This document shows positions 1-9,778 of a stretch of 64,000 bases of DNA, piece by piece (within the stretch, counting starts at the first letter, position 1; the number at the start of each line of letters is the position of its first letter). The notes under the pieces were generated by a model. It was not told the origin of the DNA, searched no databases, and saw only the letters and a list, made by a program, of their open reading frames with translations. The translations under genes and the position numbers were made by a program. Origin of the DNA: Gammaproteobacteria bacterium (GTDB lineage: Bacteria; Pseudomonadota; Gammaproteobacteria; Steroidobacterales; Woeseiaceae); contig JAACFJ010000006.1 of the NCBI GenBank assembly GCA_009937505.1, positions 4,923-68,922 on the forward strand, read 5' to 3'.

Positions 1-280
1 CGATGCGGCTGATGTGGCCGCCAGCCTCGTGTACCAGGCCGAGCATCTTGGCGTGCATCGCATCGAGCGCAGCCTGGTCGAAGAGCCCGCGGGCGATGCC
101 GGACTGGTTGCTCGCTATCGCCAGCGTAAACCCGGCTTTCGTCAGCGCGGCAATTGCTTCCAGGCTCCCCGGAATCGGCCGCCACTCGTCTTCGTTCTTG
201 ATGAACGCCTCGGAGTCGTGATTGATCACGCCGTCGCGATCGAGAATGATCAGCCCTTTGCCGAGACCTGCGCCGCTCAT
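1..280 (-). CDS. gmhB: D-glycero-beta-D-manno-heptose-1,7-bisphosphate 7-phosphatase (HAD family). Only the N-terminal part is present; the gene runs off the window.
   Basis: The reverse-strand ATG at 278-280 opens MSGAGLGKGLIILDRDGVINHDSEAFIKNEDEWRPIPGSLEAIAALTKAGF.... It has the HAD DxDG(V/T) motif and GmhB-like N-terminal signature. It sits directly downstream of glyS, as in many gammaproteobacteria. It is absent from the ORF track because it is truncated by the window edge. Confidence 0.75.
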   Translation of the reverse strand, partial: MSGAGLGKGLIILDRDGVINHDSEAFIKNEDEWRPIPGSLEAIAALTKAGFTLAIASNQSGIARGLFDQAALDAMHAKMLGLVHEAGGHISRI

Positions 281-282
281 CT

Positions 283-2367
283 TCAGGCGACAGACAGCCG
301 CGAGATATCGGCCACGTCGAGAAACAGGGCTCTCAGCCCCGCGAGCAAAGCGAGGCGGTTGGACCTGACGGCCGTATCGTCAGCCATCACCATGACGTCG
401 TCGAAAAACCGGTCCACGGGCTCACGAAGCGCGGCAAGCGCCTGCAGTGCGCGGGTGTAGTCTCGCTCCTCGAGCAGCGGCCGAACGGTTCCCTCGGCGG
501 AAACAAGCGCATCGTAGAGCGCGCGCTCGGCGCCTTCCTCGAGCAGGCTCTCGTCGATGTCGCTCGTCTCGGTAACCTCGGCCTGCCGCAGGATGTTCGC
601 AATGCGCTTGTTGGCGGAGGCCAGGCTTTGTGCTTCGTCAAGCCGCAGGAACGCCTGCACCGCGTGCAAACGAAGCTCGAAATCCACCAGTGATGCAGGC
701 TGCCGCGCCAGCACGGCATCGAAAGTCTCCGTATCGAGTTCCGGATCACGGTCGAGGAAGTACCGCCGCAACCGGTCGCTTATGAACGTGTACAGCAACT
801 CAGAGAGCACCTGCGGGTCTTCCTTGCCGGCCGGCTGCAGCTCGAGCGCCTTCGCAATGAGTGCTTTGAGGTCAAGGTCCAGCCGGCACTCGATCGACAG
901 CCGAATGATGCCGAGCGCGGCGCGGCGCAGGCCGAATGGATCCCGGTTGCCCGAGGGCTTCTTGCCGATCGTGAAAATCCCGGCGAGCGTGTCGAGCTTG
1001 TCCGCCATCGCCACTACGCGGCCTTCGTCCGTCTCCGGAAGAGCGTCACCGGCGAACCGCGGGTGGTAGTGTTCGCCGATCGCCGTCGCGACGGCATCTG
1101 TCTCGCCGTCCGAGATCGCGTAGTAGCGGCCCATCGTGCCCTGGAGGTCAGGAAACTCCCCGACCATGCCCGTCAACAGATCGCATTTGCAGAGCTCCGC
1201 CGCACGCCCGGCCTGTGAGCCGTCAATGCCCAGGCGCTCAGCGACCCAGGACGCGATCTCTGCGGTCCGGGCACTCTTGTCGTACAGGCTGCCGAGGCCG
1301 CGTTGGTAGACCACCTCCCGCAGCGCTTCGCGGCGCGTCGAGAGCGCCTTGCGCCGGTCACTGTCCCAGAAGAACGCCGCGTCCGCGAGCCGCGGCCGGA
1401 TTACGCGCTCGTTACCGTCTCGAACTTTGTCGGGCTCTTTGCTCTCGAGGTTGGCCACCGTTACGAAGCTGGGCAGAAGCGCACCGGAATCGTCAGCGAC
1501 CGGGAAATACCGCTGGTGGCCGGTCAGCGTGGAAACGACGACCTCGCGGGGCAGCTCGAGAAAAGCCTCGTCGAACCTGCCCAGTACCGGCACCGGCCAT
1601 TCCACGAGCGCAGCGACCTCGTCATAAAGCGACTCACCGTCGACGATATGGCCCTTCGCCTCTATCGCGCTGGCTTCCACACCCTTGCGAACCAGTTCGC
1701 GGCGGACGCCAAAGTCGGCAATGACGCGACCTTCCCGCTCGAGGGTCTCGAGGTAGGCAGACGGCGCGGAAATCGTAATCGGGCCCCTCGAATGAAAGCG
1801 GTGGCCCATCGTCGTATTGCCACACGCGATGCCCATGACGCTCCCGTCGATGACTTCCGTGCCGTGCAGCACGACGACCCAATGTATCGGGCGCACGAAC
1901 TCCGCTTCACCCGCGCCCCAGCGCATGCGTCGCGGAATCGGCAGGTCGGCCAGTGCCTGCTCGATGAGCGCCGGCAGCAGCGCCGCGCTCGTCTCGCCTT
2001 TCTCCACGGTTTCCGCTGCGAGCCACTCGCCTTTGTCCGTCTTGACGCGGCCCAGCTCGGCGACGTCCACGCCGCACTTCTTTGCGAACGCGGTTGCGGG
2101 CGGCAACGGGTTGCCGTCGTCGTCATAGGCGACCGAAACGGGCGGTCCTTTTTGCGACAAGCGACGATCTTCCTGGCTCGCCGCAAGTTTTTCCACGATC
2201 ACGGCCAGGCGCCGCGGGCTTGCGTAGGCATGCACGTCGCCGTGCTCGAGGCGTGCCTCGTCTATTGCGCCGCCGAGATTTGTGGCGAACGCATCCATCA
2301 GTCCACGCAGCGCTTTCGGCGGAAGCTCCTCGGTACCGATCTCCACGAGCAGGTCGGCGGGCTTCAT
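283..2367 (-). CDS. glyS: Glycine--tRNA ligase beta subunit
   Basis: The 694-aa ORF has a typical GlyS N-terminus ([15 protein letters not shown]) and full length. It overlaps the glyQ stop by 4 nt. Confidence 0.97.
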   Translation of the reverse strand: MKPADLLVEIGTEELPPKALRGLMDAFATNLGGAIDEARLEHGDVHAYASPRRLAVIVEKLAASQEDRRLSQKGPPVSVAYDDDGNPLPPATAFAKKCGVDVAELGRVKTDKGEWLAAETVEKGETSAALLPALIEQALADLPIPRRMRWGAGEAEFVRPIHWVVVLHGTEVIDGSVMGIACGNTTMGHRFHSRGPITISAPSAYLETLEREGRVIADFGVRRELVRKGVEASAIEAKGHIVDGESLYDEVAALVEWPVPVLGRFDEAFLELPREVVVSTLTGHQRYFPVADDSGALLPSFVTVANLESKEPDKVRDGNERVIRPRLADAAFFWDSDRRKALSTRREALREVVYQRGLGSLYDKSARTAEIASWVAERLGIDGSQAGRAAELCKCDLLTGMVGEFPDLQGTMGRYYAISDGETDAVATAIGEHYHPRFAGDALPETDEGRVVAMADKLDTLAGIFTIGKKPSGNRDPFGLRRAALGIIRLSIECRLDLDLKALIAKALELQPAGKEDPQVLSELLYTFISDRLRRYFLDRDPELDTETFDAVLARQPASLVDFELRLHAVQAFLRLDEAQSLASANKRIANILRQAEVTETSDIDESLLEEGAERALYDALVSAEGTVRPLLEERDYTRALQALAALREPVDRFFDDVMVMADDTAVRSNRLALLAGLRALFLDVADISRLSVA

Positions 2368-3296
2368 GCGCGCTTGCTCCGGGCGCGCACCGACTCGATC
2401 ATCGGGAAACCCAAGGCCTCGCGGCTCTTGAAATAAGCCTCTGCGACCGCGCGCGCCATGGTGCGGACGCGCAGGATATAGCGCTGGCGTTCGCTTACCG
2501 AGATGGCCTGGCGCGCGTCCAGCAGGTTGAAGAGGTGTGATGCTGCGAGCATTTTTTCGTAGGCCGGCAGCGCGAGGTTAAGTTCGATGAGGCGCTCGCA
2601 GTCGTGTTCGGCATGATCGAAGTCGTGAAACAGGTTATCGATATCGGCTTCTTCGAAATTGTAACGGGACTGCTCGACCTCGTTCTGGTGGTAGACATCG
2701 CCGTAGGTGATGCGTCCGAGCGGGCCGTCGGTCCAGACGATGTCGAAAATACTCTCGACGTTCTGCAGATACATCGCCAGGCGCTCGAGCCCGTAGGTGA
2801 TCTCACCCGTTACCGGCCGGCACTCCAGGCCGCCGACCTGCTGGAAGTAGGTGAACTGCGTCACCTCCATGCCATTAAGCCAAACCTCCCAGCCGAGGCC
2901 CCAGGCGCCGAGAGTCGGAGACTCCCAGTTGTCTTCGACGAAGCGAATGTCGTGCACGAGGGTGTCGATACCGATGGCCTCGAGTGACTCGAGATACAGA
3001 TCCTGGATATCGTCCGGCGAGGGCTTGATCGCGACCTGGTACTGATAATAGTGCTGGAGCCGGAACGGGTTATCCCCGTAACGGCCGTCCGTCGGTCGCC
3101 GGCTCGGCTGCACGTAGGCCGCGCTCCATGGCTCCGGCCCGACCGCACGCAGGAACGTCGCCGGGTGAAAGGTGCCGGCGCCCATCTCCTTGTCGTAGGG
3201 CTGCATCACGACACAGCCACGCTCTGCCCAGTACTGCTGCAGGCGGAGTATCAGGTCCTGAAAGGAAAGAAACGATTGTGCGTCCTTGGCACTCAT
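2364..3296 (-). CDS. glyQ: Glycine--tRNA ligase alpha subunit
   Basis: The 310-aa ORF carries highly conserved GlyQ sequence ([17 protein letters not shown]...[15 protein letters not shown]). Confidence 0.97.
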   Translation of the reverse strand: MSAKDAQSFLSFQDLILRLQQYWAERGCVVMQPYDKEMGAGTFHPATFLRAVGPEPWSAAYVQPSRRPTDGRYGDNPFRLQHYYQYQVAIKPSPDDIQDLYLESLEAIGIDTLVHDIRFVEDNWESPTLGAWGLGWEVWLNGMEVTQFTYFQQVGGLECRPVTGEITYGLERLAMYLQNVESIFDIVWTDGPLGRITYGDVYHQNEVEQSRYNFEEADIDNLFHDFDHAEHDCERLIELNLALPAYEKMLAASHLFNLLDARQAISVSERQRYILRVRTMARAVAEAYFKSREALGFPMIESVRARSKRA

Positions 3297-3515
3297 TGAG
3301 CGGGGTCACTTGCGGAAAACCCGCGCAGTATAGGGTACTCGGGCGAGTTCGGACACCACCACCCGGCCCGGCCCTGGCCGAGGCGTAATTATCGAACGGC
3401 GACCGTTCTTGTCCCGGCGGGCGGCCGGGGCACTTGTCTCCCTCATGGCTCGCTACGCGGCGCCTGAATGCGGCCGGCCAAAACGGTGCACAGCGCTGCT
3501 GTCGCTCTAAAATAG

Positions 3516-3550
3516 TGCACCCACCGGGCAGGTTGCACTATACTGGTGCA
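3516..3550. promoter_or_regulatory. NtrC (NRI) enhancer sites upstream of glnA
   Basis: TGCACTATACTGGTGCA at 3534-3550 is a near-perfect TGCACC-N5-GGTGCA palindrome. A TGCACC half-site lies at 3516-3521, and further GCACC half-sites lie at 3487 and 3604. The sites sit about 65-100 nt upstream of the sigma-54 element. Confidence 0.65.
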
Positions 3551-3612
3551 GACTTCGGGAGCGGCTTCACCCGAAGCCTATTAAAAACAGTGGCTTAGAT
3601 GAAGCACCATTT

Positions 3613-3628
3613 TGGCACGCTTAATGCA
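3613..3628 (+). promoter_or_regulatory. Sigma-54 (-24/-12) promoter of glnA
   Basis: TGGCACgcttaATGCA fits TGGCAC-N5-TTGCA with one mismatch and the correct GG/GC spacing. It lies about 65 nt upstream of the glnA ATG at 3694. Confidence 0.65.
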
Positions 3629-3693
3629 GTAGATAAGGCAACCGGGCCGGTTTTGCCGGCCGTTTCCATGCATAGCGAATCCTGGAGGAAATC

Positions 3694-5063
3694 ATGACGC
3701 CCGCAGAGGTACTAGGCCTCATCAAAGAGAAAGAGGTCAAATTTGTCGACTTTCGGTTCACGGACACGAAAGGAAAGGAACAACACGTCACCGTGCCGTC
3801 GCATACGATCGACGAGGACCTGTTCGAGGACGGCAAGATGTTCGACGGCTCGTCCATCGCCGGATGGAAGGGCATCAACGAGTCCGACATGATCCTGTTG
3901 CCCGATCCCGCGTCCGCCGTGGTCGACATCTTCACGGACGAGGTCACCATGAACCTGCGCTGCAATGTCATCGAGCCGGCGACGATGCAGGGCTATGATC
4001 GCTGCCCGCGGTCGCTGGCAGAGCGTGCCGAGGCCTACCTGAAATCGACCGGCATCGCCGATACCGCTTTCTTCGGCCCCGAGAACGAGTTCTTCGTCTT
4101 CGATCACGTCTCCTGGGACGATTCGATGCAGGGCGCGTTCTACAAGGTCGACTCCGAGGAGGGCGCCTGGAACACGAACCGCAGCCGCGAGGAGGGCAAT
4201 ACCGGGCACCGCCCGACGGTGAAGGGCGGCTATCCTCGATGTGCCTGGCACTGGAAGAGCTGGGGCTCGAGACGGAAGTTCACCACCACGAGGTTGCCAC
4301 GGCGGGCCAGTGCGAGATCGGCGTCAAGTTCAATACGCTGGTGCGCAAAGCGGACGAGGTACAGGTCCTGAAGTACGTCGTGCACAACGTTGCGCACGCT
4401 TATGGCAAGACGTCGACGTTCATGCCAAAGCCGCTCGTCAACGACAACGGCAACGGCATGCACGTGCACCAGTCTTTGTTCAAGGGTGGAGAAAACCTCT
4501 TTACCGGCGACGGCTACGGCGGCCTGTCGGATACGGCGCTGCACTATATCGGCGGCATCATCAAGCACGCCAGAGCCATCAATGCGTTTACGAACCCGGC
4601 CACTAACAGCTACAAGCGGCTGGTACCCGGCTTCGAGGCACCGACGATTCTTGCTTACTCAGCGCGCAATCGCTCTGCGTCAATTCGTATCCCGTACGAG
4701 TCGAATCCGAAGGGCCGGCGCATAGAGGTCCGCTTCCCGGATTCGATGGCCAATCCCTACCTCGCATTCTCGGCCATGATGATGGCCGGTCTCGACGGCA
4801 TCCAGAACAAGATCCACCCGGGGGACGCCATGGACAAGGATCTCTACGACCTGCCGCCCGAGGAGGAGAAACAATTGAAGCTCGTCGCGTTCTCGCTCGA
4901 TGAGGCGCTCGCGGCACTTGATGAGGATCGCGAATTCCTCAAGGCCGGCGATGTGTTTTCCGATGACCTCATCGATGCGTATATCGACCTGAAGATGGAA
5001 AATGTGACGCGACTGCGCATGACCACGCATCCGGTCGAATTCGACATGTACTACAGCCTCTGA
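3694..5063 (+). pseudogene. glnA: Glutamine synthetase type I, interrupted by an internal deletion and frameshift near 4233-4239
   Basis: Two ORFs in different frames together cover a full GS-I: 3694-4371 and 4239-5063. The first ends its homologous part at ...[10 protein letters not shown]. The second resumes at [24 protein letters not shown]. The conserved FPVPPVDS.QD.RS segment between them is missing. The total of 1370 nt is not a multiple of 3. Confidence 0.9.
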
Positions 5064-5080
5064 GGTGTCAAAACTGTGAA

Positions 5081-5104
5081 CCGGGCGGCATTTTAGCCGC
5101 CCGG
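5081..5104 (+). terminator. Stem-loop after glnA (possible terminator or attenuator before the DUF4124-ntrBC genes)
   Basis: CCGGGCGGC-atttta-GCCGCCCGG forms a perfect 9-bp stem 18 nt after the glnA stop. There is no clear T-tract. Confidence 0.4.
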
Positions 5105-5144
5105 TCGCTGCCCCAAATGCGGAATTAATTGCTATGCTAACCGT

Positions 5145-5669
5145 ATGGAATTGCGCTCGGTCTTCATGTTCGTCTGCTTCTTCGCGGCCGCCACCACGGC
5201 GGCACAGGAGGCCTATCGCTGGGTCGATGAAGACGGCGTCGTGCACTATTCCGACCGACCGCGCGAAGGTGCAGAGGCCATCGTGTTGCCAGAGGCCAAT
5301 GTCGCAACGACCCGTCGTATCCCGCAGCCTTCCGCGGCACAGGACGAGGACGACGGGCCGGCCGAAGAGCCGCAAACCGGCTACACCAGTATCGAGGTTG
5401 TCTCGCCCGGGGCGGAAGAAACGCTATGGAACATCGAGGGCGTCCTGAGCGTCTCGGTGGCCCTGCAGCCGGCCCTGCAGCCGGGCCACCAGGTGCGCGC
5501 GTATTTCGACGGCCAGATGCAGCCGGTGAGCGGCACGAGCTTCCAGCTACAGGAAGTCTGGCGGGGAGTCCACAACATCCAGGTGGAGGTGGTGGATGCG
5601 ACCGGCAAGGTGATGATCCGAACTCGGCCGAGCCGCTTCTACGTGCAGCAGAACACGGTGGCGTTTTAG
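5145..5669 (+). CDS. DUF4124 domain-containing secreted protein
   Basis: A signal peptide is followed by the YRWVDEDGVVHYSDRP motif typical of DUF4124. The position between glnA and ntrB recurs in gammaproteobacteria. Confidence 0.75.
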   Translation: MELRSVFMFVCFFAAATTAAQEAYRWVDEDGVVHYSDRPREGAEAIVLPEANVATTRRIPQPSAAQDEDDGPAEEPQTGYTSIEVVSPGAEETLWNIEGVLSVSVALQPALQPGHQVRAYFDGQMQPVSGTSFQLQEVWRGVHNIQVEVVDATGKVMIRTRPSRFYVQQNTVAF

Positions 5670-5746
5670 CCGGCGGCAAGCCCGCGGGCGACGACGGCGA
5701 GATCCGCGATCAGGCAAAGAACATCCTCGACAGCCTGAGCTCAGGC

Positions 5747-6763
5747 GTGATCTTGCTCGACAGGAACCTGCTCATCCTGGGGCTCAACCCCGCCGCGGAA
5801 AACATTCTCGGTATAAGCCAGCGGCGCGCACGCGGTGAATCGCTGTTGAGACTGCTCGAGGACGATCCCGAACTGCGCGACATCCTTAGCCGGGTCAGCG
5901 CAACGGGCGATCACTACGCCAACGAGTTGCGCCTCGGTCCGAACGAGGTCGAAGCGGACGAGCGGATCGTCGACTGCCGCGTGTCGCCGATCGACAGCGG
6001 CCCGGCAACCCTGCTCGTCGAGCTTACCGACGTGACGCGGCGCTCGAAGATCAGCCGGGAAAACGCGCTGCTGATCCAGCACGGCGCCGGCCGGCAGATG
6101 ATCAGGCAGCTCGCCCACGAGATCAAGAACCCGCTCGGCGGCATCCGGGGATCCGCGCAGTTGCTGGCGCGCCAGCTCGACAACGAGGAGCTCACCGAGT
6201 ACACCGACGTCGTGATTAGTGAGACTGACCGTCTCGCGAATCTCGTCGACACCTTACTGGGTCCCGGTGGTGCGCCGAACAAGCAGCCGCTGAATGTGCA
6301 CGAGCTGATCGAGTACGTGGTGCGCATCATCGAGGCGGAAGATCGGCGCTCGCTGCATATTGTCCGCGACTACGACCCGGGGCTGCCGTTGATCGAACTC
6401 GACCGTGACCAGATGGTGCAGGCTTTGCTGAACCTGATGCGCAACGCGGCAGCCGCGCTCGACGGCCAGGGGACAATAACGCTGCGCAGCCGCGCGGTAA
6501 CGAATTTCACCATCGGCGATGCCCGTCACCGCGTCATCGCCAGCATCGAAATCCAGGACGACGGTCCGGGCATCCCGGCGGACCTGCAGGACACCGTGTT
6601 CTACCCGCTCGTTACCAGCAACCCTCATGGAACCGGGCTGGGGCTTCCGGCGGCGCAGGAATTGCTTAGCCGGCATGGCGGCCTGATCGAATTCGAGAGT
6701 CGGCCCGGACGCACCGTATTCTTCGTGCGCATACCGCTCGACCAGAAGGGGCCGCCAGCGTGA
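5747..6763 (+). CDS. ntrB: Nitrogen regulation sensor histidine kinase NtrB (start uncertain)
   Basis: It has the H-box LAHEIKNPLGGIRGSAQLL plus N, G1 and G2 boxes, and overlaps ntrC by 4 nt. 5747 is the first canonical in-frame start (GTG) downstream of the upstream gene's stop. The conserved N-terminal residues (..NILDSLSSG) continue in frame upstream to about 5700 with no ATG, GTG or TTG. The track's ATG at 5426 would overlap the DUF4124 gene by 244 nt. Confidence 0.88.
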   Translation: MILLDRNLLILGLNPAAENILGISQRRARGESLLRLLEDDPELRDILSRVSATGDHYANELRLGPNEVEADERIVDCRVSPIDSGPATLLVELTDVTRRSKISRENALLIQHGAGRQMIRQLAHEIKNPLGGIRGSAQLLARQLDNEELTEYTDVVISETDRLANLVDTLLGPGGAPNKQPLNVHELIEYVVRIIEAEDRRSLHIVRDYDPGLPLIELDRDQMVQALLNLMRNAAAALDGQGTITLRSRAVTNFTIGDARHRVIASIEIQDDGPGIPADLQDTVFYPLVTSNPHGTGLGLPAAQELLSRHGGLIEFESRPGRTVFFVRIPLDQKGPPA

Positions 6764-8160
6764 CGGGCGAGACCCTGAAAGTCTGGGTTGTCGACGACGA
6801 TCAGTCGGTCCGTTGGGTTCTCGAAAAGGCTTTGCGGCAGGAGAAGATGGACACCCGGAGTTTCGAGCGGGCCGAGCATCTGCTCGAAGCCATGGATCTC
6901 GAGTCCCCGGACGTCCTCGTTACGGACGTGCGCATGCCGGGAATGAGCGGCATCGCCCTGCTCGAGGAAGTGAACCGCCGCTGGCCGGGTTTGCCGGTGA
7001 TCGTGATTACCGCCCACTCCGACCTCGAGAGTGCGGTGGCCGCCTACAAAGGCGGCGCTTTCGAGTACCTGCCAAAGCCCTTCGACATCGATGAAGCGGT
7101 AGAGCTCGTCCGGAAGGCCGCGCGCCGCAACGGCCAGGCACCCGAGGAATCCGGCGGGGACAAGCAGGACCTGCCGTCGCTCATCGGCCAGGCGCCCGCG
7201 ATGCAGGAGGTGTTCCGTTCCATCGGCCGGCTGGCCGGCTCGAGCATGACCGTGCTCATCACCGGTGAGTCCGGCACCGGCAAGGAACTCGTTGCCCGCG
7301 CGCTGCACGAACACAGCCCGAGGGCGGGCAAGCCCTTCGTCGCGCTCAATACCTCCGCGATCGCGGCGGAACTGCTGGAGTCCGAGCTTTTCGGTCACGA
7401 GAAAGGCGCATTCACGGGTGCCGATGCCCGACGCATAGGCCGATTCGAACAGGCGGATGGGGGCACGCTGTTTCTCGACGAGATCGGCGACATGTCCCCG
7501 GCATTGCAGACGCGGCTGCTACGCGTGCTGGCGGAAAGCGAGTTCTATCGGGTCGGCGGGCAGCAATCGATCAAGGTCGACGTACGTGTCATCGCAGCGA
7601 CCAACCAGGACCTGGCGCGAGCAGTCAAAGAGTCGCGATTCCGCGAGGACCTGTTCCACCGCCTGAACGTCATTCGCATCAATACCCCGCCGCTCCGTCA
7701 GCGGCGCGCAGACATCCCCCTGCTGCTGAACCACTACCTCGCGGAATCTGCACGCGAGCTGACCGCGTCGGCGAAGTCGGTCGACCCCGAAGCCATGGAA
7801 GTGCTGCAGAGCTACGACTGGCCCGGCAACGTCCGTCAATTGGTGAACGCGACGCGGCGGCTGACGGTGACCGCACCCGGTGGCGTCATCGGTACGCAGG
7901 ACCTGCCTCCGGAAATGGGCGGCACCGTGTCGCAGGAGCGCGCCACGCAGGACTGGACCCGCAGCCTCGCGAGCTGGGCGGAGCGGCAACTCAGCTCGGG
8001 AGAATCGCCCTTGCTCGACCGGGCCCTGCCCGAGTTCGAAAAGACCCTCATCCGCATCGCGATGAGCCAGACCAACGGTCACCGCCAGGAAGCCGCCAGG
8101 CTCCTCGGCTGGGGCCGCAATACCCTGACCCGAAAAATGAAGGCGCTGCACCTCGACTGA
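6760..8160 (+). CDS. ntrC: Sigma-54-dependent nitrogen response regulator NtrC
   Basis: It has a receiver domain (VWVVDDD...DVRMPGMSG), an AAA+ domain with GESGTGKE and GAFTGA, and a C-terminal Fis-type HTH. Confidence 0.95.
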   Translation: MTGETLKVWVVDDDQSVRWVLEKALRQEKMDTRSFERAEHLLEAMDLESPDVLVTDVRMPGMSGIALLEEVNRRWPGLPVIVITAHSDLESAVAAYKGGAFEYLPKPFDIDEAVELVRKAARRNGQAPEESGGDKQDLPSLIGQAPAMQEVFRSIGRLAGSSMTVLITGESGTGKELVARALHEHSPRAGKPFVALNTSAIAAELLESELFGHEKGAFTGADARRIGRFEQADGGTLFLDEIGDMSPALQTRLLRVLAESEFYRVGGQQSIKVDVRVIAATNQDLARAVKESRFREDLFHRLNVIRINTPPLRQRRADIPLLLNHYLAESARELTASAKSVDPEAMEVLQSYDWPGNVRQLVNATRRLTVTAPGGVIGTQDLPPEMGGTVSQERATQDWTRSLASWAERQLSSGESPLLDRALPEFEKTLIRIAMSQTNGHRQEAARLLGWGRNTLTRKMKALHLD

Positions 8161-8355
8161 TCCTTGCGAGCGCTTCCCGAACCGCGATTGCGCTTGAGCC
8201 CGTCGCTGGGTTCGTCCGCAATTTTCGGTTGAACGTTCGAGGGCGGCCCGGGGCGTTTGTCGACCGAAGTAAAGCGCAGCACAGCGAGCCATGAGGGAGA
8301 CAAATGACCCGGGCCGCCCAACAGGTCAAGCCCAGCCGCGATTCGAGAATCGCTC

Positions 8356-9303
8356 CTACGTCTGCAGCGTTCCGACGAGGTCGGTGACGGAGGCGAAGCC
8401 GTGGCGCTCGAGGTAGTCGAGGATGCCCGCGTTGATCTTCTTGCAGGCGAGCGGGTCATAGAACAAAGCGGTGCCGACGCCGACGGCGGTTGCGCCTGCA
8501 ACGATGAACTCGATCGCGTCGATCGCCGTGCGTATCCCGCCCTGGCCGATGATCGGGATGCGGTGAGGCGCGGCCACTTCGTGCACCTCGTGGACCTTGA
8601 GAAGCGCGATCGGTTTGATTGCCGGGCCCGATAGGCCGCCGCGCACGTTGCCTATGACGGGCTTGCGGGTCTCTGCATCGATGGCCATCCCGGTTACGGT
8701 ATTGATGACCGAAAAACCGTCCGTGCCGGCCTCGATGCACAGTCGAGCATTATCGCGGATGTCGGTCTGGTTTGGTGACAGCTTGGTAAAGATGGGCTTT
8801 GTCGTTTGCGCGCGGCAGGCCGCGACGACACGGGCGGACATCTCCGGATCGTTACCGAACTGCACGCCCCCTTCCTTGACGTTCGGACAGGAGATATTGA
8901 TCTCGATGCCGTCGATCGGCGAGTCATCGAAGCGCCGTGTAACGCGCGCGTACTCGTCGATCGTGGACCCGGAGACGTTGGCGAAGAAGCGCGTTTCGGT
9001 GAAGTCGAGCCCGGGAAGGATCTCTTCCACCACCGTCTCAACGCCGGGATTCTGCAGGCCGATAGCGTTGAGCATGCCCATCGGGGTCTCGTAAACGCGG
9101 TGCGGCGGGTTGCCGAGCCGCGCGCCCCCGGTGGTGCCCTTGAGCACGACGCCGCCGACATCGCGGTTCGAGAAACCCTCGATGCGAGTGTACTCTTCGC
9201 CGAAGCCGACACAGCCGGACAGCAGCACGACCGGCGAATCCATCGATACGCCACAAAGGTCGGTGTGCAGAGGGTTGTTTCGGTGGTTCATCGGATGCGG
9301 CAT
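8356..9303 (-). CDS. Class-1 (PyrD-1B/PreA-like) dihydroorotate dehydrogenase family protein
   Basis: Motifs: SGCVGFG, GLQNPG, IEINISCPNV, GGLSGPAIKPIAL, IIGQGGI. I chose the internal ATG at 9303 (MPHPMNHRNNPLHTDL..) because the longer ORF would overlap trmL. Confidence 0.8.
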   Translation of the reverse strand: MPHPMNHRNNPLHTDLCGVSMDSPVVLLSGCVGFGEEYTRIEGFSNRDVGGVVLKGTTGGARLGNPPHRVYETPMGMLNAIGLQNPGVETVVEEILPGLDFTETRFFANVSGSTIDEYARVTRRFDDSPIDGIEINISCPNVKEGGVQFGNDPEMSARVVAACRAQTTKPIFTKLSPNQTDIRDNARLCIEAGTDGFSVINTVTGMAIDAETRKPVIGNVRGGLSGPAIKPIALLKVHEVHEVAAPHRIPIIGQGGIRTAIDAIEFIVAGATAVGVGTALFYDPLACKKINAGILDYLERHGFASVTDLVGTLQT

Positions 9304-9313
9304 TCTAAACGAT

Positions 9314-9778
9314 ATGTTCAGCCTGATCCTGTACGAGCCGGAGATTCCACCCAATACCGGCAATATTATTCGCCTGTGCGCAAACACCGGCGCCGACCTG
9401 CACCTCGTGGAGCCGCTCGGGTTCGAGCTGGACGAACCGCGGCTGCGCCGCGCGGGCCTCGACTACCGTGAATTCGCACACGTGCAGACCCACGCATCGC
9501 TGGAGGATGCGCTCGCGGCTATCGGCAAGCCGCGCGTATTTGCTCTGAGCACGCGTGGCAGTACCCGCTACGATACGCCACGTTACCGGGCCGGCGATGC
9601 GTTCCTGATGGGGCCGGAGACGCGCGGCCTGCCGCAGGCGTTGCTCGACAGCCTGCCGGAGGAACAAAGGCTGCGGTTGCCGATGAGGGCGGGCAACCGC
9701 AGCCTGAACCTGTCTAACGCCGCCGCCGTCGTCGTCTATGAGGCCTGGCGGCAGCTCGGCTTCGAGCAGGGTGCCTGA
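9314..9778 (+). CDS. trmL: tRNA (cytidine/uridine-2'-O-)-methyltransferase TrmL (SpoU/TrmH family)
   Basis: MFSLILYEPEIPPNTGNIIRLCANTGADLHLV...SLNLSNAAAVVVYEAWRQ matches the characteristic TrmL sequence. The ATG at 9314 lies inside the longer track ORF. Confidence 0.85.
   Translation: MFSLILYEPEIPPNTGNIIRLCANTGADLHLVEPLGFELDEPRLRRAGLDYREFAHVQTHASLEDALAAIGKPRVFALSTRGSTRYDTPRYRAGDAFLMGPETRGLPQALLDSLPEEQRLRLPMRAGNRSLNLSNAAAVVVYEAWRQLGFEQGA

Noticed and set aside
1303-2436. A long + strand ORF (377 aa) and several others lie antisense to glyS.
   Set aside because: The products are low-complexity and Arg/Ala/Pro-rich, typical of the antisense frame of a GC-rich gene. glyS on the opposite strand is unambiguous.
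5426-5669. The ATG at 5426 was considered as the ntrB start (the 445-aa track ORF).
   Set aside because: It would overlap the DUF4124 gene by 244 nt. It would also add about 90 Gly/Pro/Ala-rich residues unlike any NtrB N-terminus. It is more likely an open alternative frame of the upstream gene.
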